From an uncultured delta proteobacterium (GTDB lineage Bacteria; Desulfobacterota; Desulfuromonadia; Desulfuromonadales; JACZKF01): 64,000 nt of DNA. The notes beneath the pieces are model-generated. The model did no database searches and was not told the DNA's origin. It worked only from the letters and a program-made list of their open reading frames with translations. Shown piece after piece: positions 1-9,149 of the stretch. The stretch spans positions 355 to 64,354 of the forward strand of contig CAWKDO010000011.1 of assembly GCA_963848425.1 (NCBI GenBank), written 5' to 3'. Within the stretch, counting starts at the first letter, position 1. Each line of letters begins with the position of its first letter. The position numbers were made by a program, and so were the translations under genes.

Positions 1-1
1 G

Positions 2-490
2 TGGCAAGAGGATCCCAAACTTCTGCGCAAGCGGCGAGGGGCACTCGACAAACTGCGCGCCCAACTCGATTCTCCGATGCCGCCGCCGCGACGAATCCCC
101 CCTCGTTTCCGGCAGTCGTGTGATTGGAGTGTCGGCGAGGTTATAGCCTACGCCGGCTTGCCTGGACGCCAGGTGCTCCTAAGGGTGACGGGGCACTCGA
201 CTGACCGGGGAGGGACGCGCCCAATCGTTGAGATCCTCGCCTGGACGACTGACGGCTTACCCGATTCTGCCGCAATCCATTCTCTGGGTGTTCTCAAATC
301 GGATGACGGGGACACGCAGTTCGAACTCGGCGCAATGTCGGCGCGTGAGATTCCAAACAAAGTGCTGGCGCGACTGGAGTGGTCACCCCACCTGCGCAGT
401 CACCATGGCTGCCTGTTGCCGATCACCCCGCGATCAGGGCATGCCGCTTCCGATTCTTATTTTGGCGGCAAATGGATGAATTTCTGCTGA
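2..490 (+). CDS. hypothetical protein (5' end probably outside the window)
   Basis: ORF 77..490 stays open in the same frame back to nt 2 (WQEDPKLLRKRRGALDKLRAQLDSP precedes the first Met). Codon usage is GC-rich like the neighbours. No motif recognised. Confidence 0.3.
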   Translation, partial: WQEDPKLLRKRRGALDKLRAQLDSPMPPPRRIPPRFRQSCDWSVGEVIAYAGLPGRQVLLRVTGHSTDRGGTRPIVEILAWTTDGLPDSAAIHSLGVLKSDDGDTQFELGAMSAREIPNKVLARLEWSPHLRSHHGCLLPITPRSGHAASDSYFGGKWMNFC

Positions 491-775
491 CACACATCGA
501 CGCTTTCAAGCCCGCTGGCTAACAAGCTGCGCCGTCGAGCTCCCCGGTAGACACCGCCGGCTGCATGGGCTGGCCCGACAGTCCCCTCGCCCCTCGATCA
601 TCCGCACCGGCCGCCTCCGCCGCAGCGGATTACCCGATCTTCTCCCAGCAAACATCCCGCCGTCATCACCCCAAAACCTCCTTGTTGCCTCTCCCCGGCA
701 AGCAGTAAAATTGGAGGGTAGGCCCTGGGAGGCTACGGGGCTGCCTCTACTAACAGATTGCGGAAAGCTGACCGC

Positions 776-1695
776 ATGCACGATTTCGAACCCGCCTACC
801 TGCAACTGCACCGCAGTGGCGAACTGGCCGAACGCGCCCGCCAGGCGCGCGAGCACCTGCGCCAGTGCGATCTGTGCGCCCGCGGCTGCCACGTCAACCG
901 CCTTCTCTCCACCCGCGACGCCTCCTGCCGCACCGGCGAACGGGCAGTCGTCTGCAGCGCCGGCGCGCACCATGGCGAGGAGCGTCCCCTCTCCGGCCGG
1001 CGCGGCTCGGGGACGATCTTCTTCTCCCGCTGCAATCTCGCCTGCCTGTTCTGCCAGAACTGGCAGATCAGCCGGCGCGGCGAAGGGGAGGAAGTGAGCG
1101 ACGAGGAGTTGGCCGCGATCATGCTGCGACCTGCAGGCGGACGGCTGCCATAACATCAATTTCGTCAGCCCCAGCCATGTCGTCGCGCCGATTCTGGCGG
1201 CGGTGGTCCTTGCCGCCGAGCAGGGGCTGCGCCTGCCGCTGGTCTGCAACAGCGGCGGCTACGACAGCCCCGAAGCGCTGGCGCTCCTGGACGGCGTGAT
1301 CGACATCTACATGCCGGATATGAAATTCGCCAGATTCGCAGGTAGCCCGCACGTATCTGGGCGTCAGCGACTATGCCGAGGTCAACCAGGCGGCGGTGCG
1401 CGAGATGCACCGCCAAGTGGGGGATCTGGTCCTCGATCGCCATGGGATTGCCCGGCGCGGTTTGCTGGTGCGCCACCTGGTGCTGCCGGAAAATCTGGCC
1501 GGCACCGACCGCATCCTCGCCTTTCTCGCCGGCGAAATTTCCCCCGCCACCTACCTCAACCTGATGGACCAGTACCACCCGTGCTACCGCGCCGACGAGT
1601 ACCCGCCCCTCGACCGCCGCCCCACTCCGGCGGAGCTGGCCGCCGCCCGCGCCATGGCCAAGGCCGCGGGGCTGACGCGCCTGGATGCCGGGTGA
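776..1695 (+). pseudogene. radical SAM protein, PflX-like (COG1313 type), two frameshifts as assembled
   Basis: Three co-linear ORF pieces (758..1153, 1203.., 1396..1695) in three frames. CNLACLFCQN is the CxxxCxxC radical SAM motif. The pieces rejoin sensibly (..AAIMLR/LQADGCHNINFVSPSHV.. near 1130; ..DMKFA../ARTYLGVSDYAEVNQAAVREMH near 1340). ATG at 776 gives MHDFEPAYL. Confidence 0.8.
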
Positions 1696-2022
1696 TCCCG
1701 CATGTTCACCCCCGTTACGCTTTGAACCTCAGCAGCTGAGGGTTAAAGGTTTGACAATGAAGTCTGGCTCAAGGTAAAAGGATGAATAATCGGCGCCGCG
1801 GGGGCGTCTGCGGGAGAAGGCGATGAGGAAAGGCGACAGAAATTTACGCCGTAGCGACGGCATCGGGAATGCCGGTTGTTGCGGCGTTTTCTTTTGAAGA
1901 TCACGGAGGATTGTTGAGGTTTGGCTGGAAAAGTATCTAATAGTAGATGCAAAATAAGCATATAGTATTATATACCAAAACCTGATAGCTCAATAACGAG
2001 TAAGTCTTAAAAGGAATCAGAT

Positions 2023-2697
2023 ATGATGAACTTATTGTCTATCTATGTTGCTTTTTTCATTTTGTTATCTGTTTCACAAACATTTGGAAGCGATATTGAT
2101 CCAATGTGGCTGATTGTCCCCGGTGGCAAAATTGGGCCTATCTCTCCTGATGCTAGCGAATCAGATCTTATTAAGTTGTATGGCAAACCAAATATAAAAA
2201 ATGAAGAAATATATTTATACAATGAAGGAGAGGAAACAGAAACAGGCTCGGTGATTTATCCAAACGACCCGCAGAAAAAAATAATAATATTGTGGAAAGA
2301 CCAAAGCAAAAGAAAGTTTTTAAAAAGAGTTGAATTCTTTGGAGATAAAAGCTACTGGAAACTAGCGGGAGGTGTTTCCCTCGGTACTAGCCTGAAAGAC
2401 CTCGAGCGTATCAATGGCGGCGAATTTATTTTATGGGGTTTTGGATGGGATGCTGGTGGCTTTGTAAAAACGTGGAGCAATGGCAAGCTTGAAAAGAACT
2501 TTGCAGGCGAAGTTAGCATTAGGTTAGATACGATTAGTCGAGTTAAAAAGCCCGACATCAGCCTCGTCCCAGATAACATCACCAAAGATGAATATTTTGC
2601 GGTTCAAGGAGAGCGTGAGTTTAGCTCAAGCCATCCTATCATGCAAAAAATCAATCCAACCGTTTGCCAGATTTTTATCCGTTTCAAAGAAAACTAA
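2023..2697 (+). CDS. secreted hypothetical protein (AT-rich orphan gene)
   Basis: 224-aa ORF with an N-terminal signal-like segment MMNLLSIYVAFFILLSVSQTFG. The gene and its 5' flank are strongly AT-rich relative to the surroundings. No family recognised. Confidence 0.6.
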   Translation: MMNLLSIYVAFFILLSVSQTFGSDIDPMWLIVPGGKIGPISPDASESDLIKLYGKPNIKNEEIYLYNEGEETETGSVIYPNDPQKKIIILWKDQSKRKFLKRVEFFGDKSYWKLAGGVSLGTSLKDLERINGGEFILWGFGWDAGGFVKTWSNGKLEKNFAGEVSIRLDTISRVKKPDISLVPDNITKDEYFAVQGEREFSSSHPIMQKINPTVCQIFIRFKEN

Positions 2698-2879
2698 CAA
2701 ATCGTTATACGCCGACCGCTTCGCGGCGTGTGAACTTCGCGTTGAGCAACAAAGGATAGAAAATTCGAATCCCAACCGGGTTGTCCTTTGCGCTTCTGTC
2801 CACGTACAAGTGGGCATAGCATGGCACCTGCAAACTCAAAGCCCCACAGTGCTCTCCCCCGTTAGATAGGAAGAGTAAC

Positions 2880-3212
2880 ATGCAGATTTTGCTCAAAGTC
2901 CTGATCAGCGTCGCAATCATCCTCACCGCGACGGCAGTCGGGAAAAAATTCCCGTCCGTCGCCGGCCTCGTCGCTGTCATGCCGCTTACGGGTGCCCTGG
3001 TGCTTGTCTGGATGTATCTGGAAAACAAGGGCGATCCCGCCATCATGCAAAAGTTTACCAGAGGGGCTCTTTGGGGGATGGTGCCGACCGTTCTTTTCTT
3101 TTTCGCGGCTTTCGTCTGCTTCAAGAAGCAATCTTCACTACCGACAGTTCTTGCGGTAAGTTTTGGCGTGTGGGTGGGGGCGGCGGTCGTTCATCAATTG
3201 TTGTTAAAATGA
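2880..3212 (+). CDS. small integral membrane protein (DUF3147-like)
   Basis: 110-aa ORF with four hydrophobic helices. Sequence pattern (ILLKVLISVAIILTATAVGKK.., LTGALVLVWMYLE) resembles the DUF3147 family from memory. Confidence 0.6.
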   Translation: MQILLKVLISVAIILTATAVGKKFPSVAGLVAVMPLTGALVLVWMYLENKGDPAIMQKFTRGALWGMVPTVLFFFAAFVCFKKQSSLPTVLAVSFGVWVGAAVVHQLLLK

Positions 3213-3348
3213 AGCAAATCCTGGCACAGCAAAAAGGCCCCCTTTCCCTGTCATTCATCTCCTTGCCAACCCCCACTTTATCCAGCCACCTTGACTGTTG
3301 ACCTGTTATCAGACTATATTTGGTCACATGCCAAGAAGGAGGTGAACC

Positions 3349-3624
3349 GTGAAACTATCCAGTCAGATCAAGCCGATCAGCTATCTGAAGGCCCATGCCG
3401 CCGAAATCGTGCGGAATCTGGGTGAGCAGCGGGAGCCGCTGGTGATCACCCAGAACGGCGAAGCCAAGGTGGTCATCCAGGACATCGCTAGTTACGAGCA
3501 AACCCAGGAGACGATGGCGCTGCTGAAGATCCTGGCGCTTGGCAACCGCCAGATCGAGGAAGGCAAGGTCCAGCCGGCTGCCGATGTGGTCAAGCGCCTG
3601 CGCGAGCGGCGGGAGACGCGCTGA
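3349..3624 (+). CDS. type II antitoxin, Phd/YefM family
   Basis: 91 aa. KPISYLKAHAAEIVRNL..PLVITQNGEAKVVIQDIASYE is typical of Phd/YefM. AGGAGG lies upstream of a GTG start. The stop overlaps the start of the toxin gene (ATG at 3624). Confidence 0.85.
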   Translation: MKLSSQIKPISYLKAHAAEIVRNLGEQREPLVITQNGEAKVVIQDIASYEQTQETMALLKILALGNRQIEEGKVQPAADVVKRLRERRETR

Positions 3625-3957
3625 TGGCGTTTGCCGTTTTGCTGACCGATGACGCGGCGCATGACCTGAACGAGCTTTACGACTATATCGCGCGCACTGA
3701 TGCGCCGGAAAAAGCGGATCACGTTCTGGAGCAGATCGAGAAGACTTTCATCAGCCTGGCCGAATTCCCCGAGCGCGGCACTTATCCGAAGGAGCTGCTG
3801 GCGCTGGGCATCCGGGAATATCGCGAGATTTTCTTCAAACCGTACCGTTTCATCTACCGAGTCATGGACAAGACCGTCTACGTCCTGCTGATCGTCGATG
3901 GCCGTCGGGACATGCAGATCACTTCTGCAGCGGCGATTGCTGGAAGCGCCAGAGTAG
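3624..3957 (+). pseudogene. type II toxin, ParE/RelE family, one frameshift near 3920 as assembled
   Basis: N-terminal 98 aa are ParE-like (..FPERGTYPKELLALGIREYREIFFKPYRFIYRV..VYVLLIVDGRRDMQ). After ~3920 the +1 frame gives LQRRLLEAPE-stop (TAG 3955-3957), the usual ParE C-terminus. The listed 261-aa ORF 3624..4409 is read-through. Confidence 0.8.
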
Positions 3958-3993
3958 TAAAAAAAGGACATCCCCACCCATGCCCTGCCGCTC

Positions 3994-4377
3994 ATGAAAC
4001 CTGCCTCCCTGAAGGTCTGGGCCAAACAGCTCAAGCAGCACACGCTAATCGTCTATTTCGCCGCCCGCGATCCCCGCACCCCTGTTCTCGTTCGCGCCTT
4101 GGCGATTCTCGTCGCCGCCTACGCGCTCAGCCCCATCGATCTCATTCCCGACTTCATCCCGCTCATCGGCCATCTCGACGACCTTCTGCTGGTCCCGCTC
4201 GGCCTGGCGCTCATCGTGCGGCTGACGCCGCCGGAGGTTCTGGAATCCGCCCGGCGGCACGCGCAACAAGCGGCCGACAGGCCGGTCAGTCGTTCGGCGG
4301 CGGCGTTCATCGTCATCTTCTGGCTGCTTGCTCTGGCCGTCTTGGCGAAATGGGCGTACCATATCGGGTGCCCTTGA
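3994..4377 (+). CDS. DUF1232/YkvA-family membrane protein
   Basis: 127 aa with the hallmark YALSPIDLIPDFIPLIGHLDDLLLVPLG motif and flanking TM helices. Confidence 0.75.
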   Translation: MKPASLKVWAKQLKQHTLIVYFAARDPRTPVLVRALAILVAAYALSPIDLIPDFIPLIGHLDDLLLVPLGLALIVRLTPPEVLESARRHAQQAADRPVSRSAAAFIVIFWLLALAVLAKWAYHIGCP

Positions 4378-4454
4378 CCAAACCGACGCAACCGCGGGAA
4401 ATGCCATGAATAGAGACAAGAAATCAGGGAGCCGTTTTTCAGCCCAAGGGGGGC

Positions 4455-5105
4455 TTGACCCTGCTGCACGAGGACCGCGATGTGCTGGTAGTGAACAAGC
4501 CGGCCGGCCTGCTGACGATCGGCACCGATCGGGATAAAACCCGCACGGCGCATTCTTATCTCAACGACTATGTCCGCAAAGGGGATCCGCGATCAAAGCA
4601 GCGGGTCTTCATTGTCCATCGCCTCGATCGCGACACCTCCGGCACCCTGCTCTTCGCCCGCAGCGAGGAGACGAAGCTATTTCTGCAGCAGAACTGGGAA
4701 GAGACGGAAAAGCGCTATCTCGCCGTCGTGCACGGCACGCTGACCGCCAAGGAAGGAACAATTACGTCGTATCTGGTGGAGAACGCCGCCCTCAACGTCT
4801 ACTCCACCGCCGATGCCAGCAAGGGGAAGCTGTCGCGCACCGCCTACCGGGTGCTGCGTGAGGTACGGAGGGTGAGCCTGCTGGAGATCGAACTGCTGAC
4901 CGGCCGCAAGCACCAGATCCGCGTGCATTTCGCCGAGCAGGGTCACCCGGTGCTCGGCGACCGCAAATACGGACGCGAAGACGGCGCGAAGAACCTCTTC
5001 CTGCATGCGCAGGCGCTCGCCTTCACACATCCCTTTTCACGCCAACGCCTGGCCTTCACCGCACCGCCGCCCGACTATTTCAGCCGGCTGGTTGGGCGGA
5101 TTTAG
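4455..5105 (+). CDS. RluA-family pseudouridine synthase
   Basis: LVVNKPAGLLT and the catalytic HRLDRDTSG motif, plus GRKHQIRVH. The start is uncertain. An ATG at 4406 (MNRDKKSGSRFSAQGG) would join in frame if one G of the G-run at 4447-4453 is an indel. Confidence 0.85.
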   Translation: MTLLHEDRDVLVVNKPAGLLTIGTDRDKTRTAHSYLNDYVRKGDPRSKQRVFIVHRLDRDTSGTLLFARSEETKLFLQQNWEETEKRYLAVVHGTLTAKEGTITSYLVENAALNVYSTADASKGKLSRTAYRVLREVRRVSLLEIELLTGRKHQIRVHFAEQGHPVLGDRKYGREDGAKNLFLHAQALAFTHPFSRQRLAFTAPPPDYFSRLVGRI

Positions 5106-5165
5106 CGGGATCAAAAGAAAGTAAGGCGGGGTGCGGGGCGCAGCGCCCGCGGTTGCCACCTGTAA

Positions 5166-5195
5166 ACAAAAAAAGGGCAGCCTATGTGGCCGCCC
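5166..5195 (-). terminator. rho-independent terminator of the M50 protease gene
   Basis: Minus strand reads GGGCGGCC-ACATA-GGCTGCCC followed by TTTTTTT, about 35 nt after the stop at 5231. Confidence 0.6.
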
Positions 5196-5230
5196 TTGAT
5201 CTTGTCGGTTCTTACCTGTAATTTAAACGA

Positions 5231-6175
5231 TCAATTCCCGGAAATCTGCGCCGCATTCTGGAAATCGGCCAGCGGTGCCTGCACGACGAGCATGCCGATG
5301 GAAGTCACCGCCAGCAGCGCTAAAAAGGCCACCCCCATGCCGATCCGCCTGCCCATTGATACTGTGTAATAGCGGGCCTTCTCGGCCTTCCCCTGTTTCG
5401 CCGCGGCCCGGATCTGCAGGCTCCCCATGATGACGATCAGAATGATGATGGGCGACCAGGTGAGGAAGAAAAGACCGATCGCCCCCGCCAGCCCGACAAA
5501 CCACAGCTTGGGGCTGATCACGCCGATAATCCGCCCGCCATCCAGGGGGGAGATGGGCAGCAGGTTGAACAGGTTGAGGAGAAAACCGGTTGACGCCAGG
5601 GCGAACCAGAAGGCGTTGCCGGTGATGAGGCCGACGGCCGCGCAGCCGATCGCCCCCACGGTGCCGAGCAACGGCCCGCCGTAGGCCGACACCGCCTCGG
5701 CGTAGGCGTTGTCGGGGAGCTGCTTCATACCGATGACCGCGCCGAGAAAGGGGATGAACATCGGCGCCGTTGCCTTGATCCCCTGCGTGCGCAAGGCGAT
5801 GACGTGCCCCATCTCGTGAACGAAAAGCAGGGCGACGAAGCCGACGGCAAAGGACCAGCCCCAGAAGAGGGCGTAGGCCCAGACGCTGATCAGCATGGTG
5901 ATGAAGGTCTTGAATTTGCCGACCTGCAGCAGCACGAGGAGGTACTTCAGCTTGCCGAAGACGAACAGAAGCAGCAAGCCGAGCGGTCCGAGCCGGCGCA
6001 GCAGCCCTTTCTTCTCCGGTTGTTGGCCCGGCGGCTGGTAGGTGAAGTCTTCCCCGCCGGGGATAGCAGTCTGCTCGCCGAAGGGATGCTGTTGCAGGAC
6101 CGGAGGCATGGACGTTGTTGTCGTCATCGGCTCGCTCGGCATCTCGGGTCTGCTTTCCGGTATCGTTTCGCGCAT
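5231..6175 (-). CDS. site-2 protease family (M50) zinc metalloprotease
   Basis: 314 aa, multi-TM, with the HEMGH zinc motif and NLLPISPLDGG (the second conserved M50 motif). Confidence 0.85.
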   Translation of the reverse strand: MRETIPESRPEMPSEPMTTTTSMPPVLQQHPFGEQTAIPGGEDFTYQPPGQQPEKKGLLRRLGPLGLLLLFVFGKLKYLLVLLQVGKFKTFITMLISVWAYALFWGWSFAVGFVALLFVHEMGHVIALRTQGIKATAPMFIPFLGAVIGMKQLPDNAYAEAVSAYGGPLLGTVGAIGCAAVGLITGNAFWFALASTGFLLNLFNLLPISPLDGGRIIGVISPKLWFVGLAGAIGLFFLTWSPIIILIVIMGSLQIRAAAKQGKAEKARYYTVSMGRRIGMGVAFLALLAVTSIGMLVVQAPLADFQNAAQISGN

Positions 6176-6329
6176 GGTTTTTCCTGAAATTTAGGGGTGC
6201 AGGCTGTAGGCTATGCCGGCGCTCGGCCGGCCACACCCCCGAGGGTAACCGCGGGAGCACTTCTGGCGCAAGACAATCTTCATTTCCTCTTTTGACCTGC
6301 TCGGCAATGGCTGAACAAGGACGCTCTCC

Positions 6330-6989
6330 ATGGACCGCTCGTCACGCAATCGCCTGACCGAAAAGCTCCTCCCGCAGTTCACCGGCGATTCCCTCTTCGA
6401 CCGCATCGCCCGGGCGGTCTGCCGCGCCGGCTGCTTGCCGCGAAAGGAACTGTACGAGGCGTGGGAGGTCGCCCGCCGGGTGCGCCGCCGCTTCCGTGGC
6501 GGGCGGGTGGTCGATCTCGCCTGCGGCCATGGGCTGCTGGCGCAGATCCTCCTGCTGCTCGACGACAGCTCCTCCGAGGCACTGGCGGTCGACCGCGCGC
6601 TGCCGGCAAGCACCGGCAAGCTGCACGGAACCATGCTCGAAAGCTGGCCGCGGCTGGCGCGGCGGATTCAGTTCATCGAGGGGGACCTGGCGCGGCTGGA
6701 ACTGCGGTCTTCCGATCTGGTCGTTTCGGTGCACGCCTGCGGCGGTCTGACCGATCTGGTTCTGGAGCGGGCGGTCGCCGCCGGTGCGCGCGTGGCAGTT
6801 CTCCCCTGCTGCCATGATCTCGACGACGCAGACCTCGGCGGCCTGGAGGGATGGCTCGATGGCCCCCTCGCCCTCGACGTCACCCGCGCCGCCCGCCTCC
6901 GCCAGCAGGGCTATCGGATCTTCACCCAGCAGATCCCCGCCGACATCACTCCGAAAAATCGGCTTCTGCTCGCCGAACCCACGTCATAA
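6330..6989 (+). CDS. SAM-dependent methyltransferase-like protein
   Basis: 219 aa. VVDLACGHGLL matches methyltransferase motif I. Specific family not resolved. Confidence 0.6.
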   Translation: MDRSSRNRLTEKLLPQFTGDSLFDRIARAVCRAGCLPRKELYEAWEVARRVRRRFRGGRVVDLACGHGLLAQILLLLDDSSSEALAVDRALPASTGKLHGTMLESWPRLARRIQFIEGDLARLELRSSDLVVSVHACGGLTDLVLERAVAAGARVAVLPCCHDLDDADLGGLEGWLDGPLALDVTRAARLRQQGYRIFTQQIPADITPKNRLLLAEPTS

Positions 6990-7011
6990 ACATGCTCCCT
7001 TTTGCCTTGCA

Positions 7012-8907
7012 ATGCTGGCGCGGCCAGACTTAAATGAAGTAATTTCACCGCACAATGGAACCCCTGTGAAAAAACACGACTGGGATACCGACCACATTCC
7101 CCTGCCGCAGCGCTTTATCGGCCTGTTCGACTACAGCCGGCGGGCGCTGCAGCTCGTCTGGTTGACGCGGCGCGATCTCACTCTGTTGCTTGCGGTACTG
7201 ACGCTGGTCGCCGGGGTGCTGCCGGCGGCGGCGGCGTGGGTCGGGCGGCTGATCGTCGACGCCGTCGTCGCCGCCGGTGAGCTGCAGCGGCAAACCGGCG
7301 CCGCCGATACCAGCCGCGTCCTCCTCTTCGTCGCCGTCGAGGCGGCGGTCATCGCCACCCTCGCCGGCGCCCAGCGCGGCATCGCTACCTGCCAGGCGCT
7401 GTTGCGGGCGCTGATGGGGCAGCGGATCAACGTGATGATCCTGGAAAAAGCCCTCACCCTGCGTCTGGCGCATTTCGAGGATTCGGAATTCTACGACAAG
7501 CTCACCCGTGCCCGCCGCGAAGCCTCCGTCCGCCCTTTAAGTCTGGTCAACCGCACCTTCGGTCTGGTGCAGAACGCCATCTCCCTGATCAGCTACGCCG
7601 TGCTGCTGGTGCAGTTCTCCCCCTGGGCGGTGCTCATCCTGTTCCTCGCCGGTTTTCCCGAATTCCTTGTCGAGGCGAAATATTCGGGGGACAAGTTCCG
7701 CCTCTTCCGCTGGCGCTCCCCCGACTCGCGCATGCAGATGTACCTGGAGACGGTTCTCGCCCGCGAGGATTTCGTCAAGGAGGTCAAGCTCTATCGCCTC
7801 GGCCCGAAGCTGCTGCGACGCTACAACGAGATCTTCGCCCGCCTCTTTGCCGAGGACCGCATTCTCACCCTGCGCCGCGACTTCTGGGGCTTTCTCCTCG
7901 GCCTGCTCGGCACCGCCGCCTTCTATGGCGCCTACGGCTGGATCGCCCTGGCCGCCATCGACGGATCGATCAGTCTCGGGCAGATGACGATGTACCTCCT
8001 CCTCTTCCGTCAGGGGCAGGCGGCAGTCTCGGCCAGTCTCTCGTCGATCAGCGGCATGTACGAGGACAATCTTTACCTCTCCAACCTCTACGAGTACCTG
8101 GGGCAGGAGGTGCCGCAGCCGGCCGGCCGCCTCGCCGCCGGTCCGCAGCCGGGGGACGGCGTGCGCTTCGAACACGTTTCCTTCACCTATCCGGGGACCG
8201 AAACGCCGGCGCTACGCGATATCGACCTGCACCTGCGACCGGGGGAGAGCCTGGCCCTGGTCGGCGAAAACGGCTCCGGCAAGACGACGCTGGTCAAACT
8301 GCTGACCCGTCTCTACAGCCCGGATTCCGGCCGTATTCTGCTCGACGGCCTCGACCTGCAGCAATGGGAGACGGATGCGTTGCGGCAGCGGATCGGCGTC
8401 ATCTTCCAGGACTTCGGCCGCTATCAGCTGATGGTCGGGGAAAATATCGGCGCCGGCGACGTGGCCCACTTCGAGGACCGGCAGCGCTGGCAGGAGGCGG
8501 CGGAAAAAGGGATGGCGGCGCCGTTCATCGACACGCTGCCGGAACGCTACGACACGCAGTTGGGAAAATGGTTCAAGGGGGGACGCGAGCTCTCCGGCGG
8601 CCAATGGCAAAAGATCGCCCTCTCCCGCGCCTTCATGCGTACCGGCGCCGACCTCCTCGTCCTCGATGAGCCGACCGCCACCATGGACGCCAGGGCCGAA
8701 GCGGAGCTATTCGCGCACTTTCGCGAGCTGTGCCGCGGCAAGATGACGATCCTCATCTCGCACCGCTTCTCGACGGTGCGCATGGCCGATCGGATCGTTG
8801 TCATCGAAAACGGTTCCATTCTGGAGCAGGGGAGCCACGCCGAGCTGATGGCGCAGGGTGGGCAGTATGCGCAGCTGTTTACCTTGCAGGCGAAGGGGTA
8901 TAGATGA
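7012..8907 (+). CDS. ABC transporter, fused permease/ATP-binding protein (exporter type)
   Basis: N-terminal TM domain. Walker A GENGSGKTT, signature LSGGQWQK, Walker B LLVLDEPT, H-loop ILISHR. The ORF opens at 6784 but overlaps the upstream gene; 7012 is the first ATG after its stop. Confidence 0.85.
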   Translation: MLARPDLNEVISPHNGTPVKKHDWDTDHIPLPQRFIGLFDYSRRALQLVWLTRRDLTLLLAVLTLVAGVLPAAAAWVGRLIVDAVVAAGELQRQTGAADTSRVLLFVAVEAAVIATLAGAQRGIATCQALLRALMGQRINVMILEKALTLRLAHFEDSEFYDKLTRARREASVRPLSLVNRTFGLVQNAISLISYAVLLVQFSPWAVLILFLAGFPEFLVEAKYSGDKFRLFRWRSPDSRMQMYLETVLAREDFVKEVKLYRLGPKLLRRYNEIFARLFAEDRILTLRRDFWGFLLGLLGTAAFYGAYGWIALAAIDGSISLGQMTMYLLLFRQGQAAVSASLSSISGMYEDNLYLSNLYEYLGQEVPQPAGRLAAGPQPGDGVRFEHVSFTYPGTETPALRDIDLHLRPGESLALVGENGSGKTTLVKLLTRLYSPDSGRILLDGLDLQQWETDALRQRIGVIFQDFGRYQLMVGENIGAGDVAHFEDRQRWQEAAEKGMAAPFIDTLPERYDTQLGKWFKGGRELSGGQWQKIALSRAFMRTGADLLVLDEPTATMDARAEAELFAHFRELCRGKMTILISHRFSTVRMADRIVVIENGSILEQGSHAELMAQGGQYAQLFTLQAKGYR

Positions 8908-8940
8908 AGCGTGAAACTTAGCTCCGCATTTTTCTTGCCG

Positions 8941-9070
8941 TTTATCCGTTAAGCAGGTATCTTCGAGGCGTTTTAATCCAATGCTGGAGGGTGTGCCTGT
9001 ATGCTTTTTGAAGCGGACGGGAAGATTGTTTTAAATGAACCGCTGGGCCGTAGAGCCTTGCGGTTTTTTG
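8941..9070 (+). repeat. left copy of an imperfect inverted repeat (partner 12633-12760)
   Basis: The reverse complement aligns by hand with 12633-12760, for example AAAAAACCGCAAGGCTCTACGGCCCAGCGG vs AAAAAAAACCGCAAGGCTCTAGCCCAGCAG, and ACAGGCACACCCTCCAGCATTGGATTAA vs ACAGGCAAACCCTCCAACATTGAATTAA. Confidence 0.75.
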
Positions 9071-9149
9071 TTGAGGGACATCAGAATTAATCTCAGAGCA
9101 TCCTGAAGCGTTTTTTCAATTTACTGTTTCATTTAAAAGGAGGTCTTGA

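Noticed and set aside
506-1249. 247-aa minus-strand ORF overlapping the radical SAM gene. Similar long Arg/Ala/Pro/Gly-rich ORFs are 5223..6260, 6342..6815, 7537..8175, 21515..22483, 22981..24012, 28326..29717, 35912..37123, 38173..39102, 39448..40212, 50941..52440 and 57819..58673.
   Set aside because: They lie antisense or out of frame to genes with clear motifs. Their low-complexity composition is typical of open non-coding frames in GC-rich DNA, and no motifs are present.
2745-2790. tRNA-like TTCGAATCC sequence (possible tRNA 3' fragment or att site next to the AT-rich gene)
   Set aside because: The flanking bases (GAAAA / CCCAA) cannot form a T-stem on either strand, and no acceptor or anticodon arms are evident.
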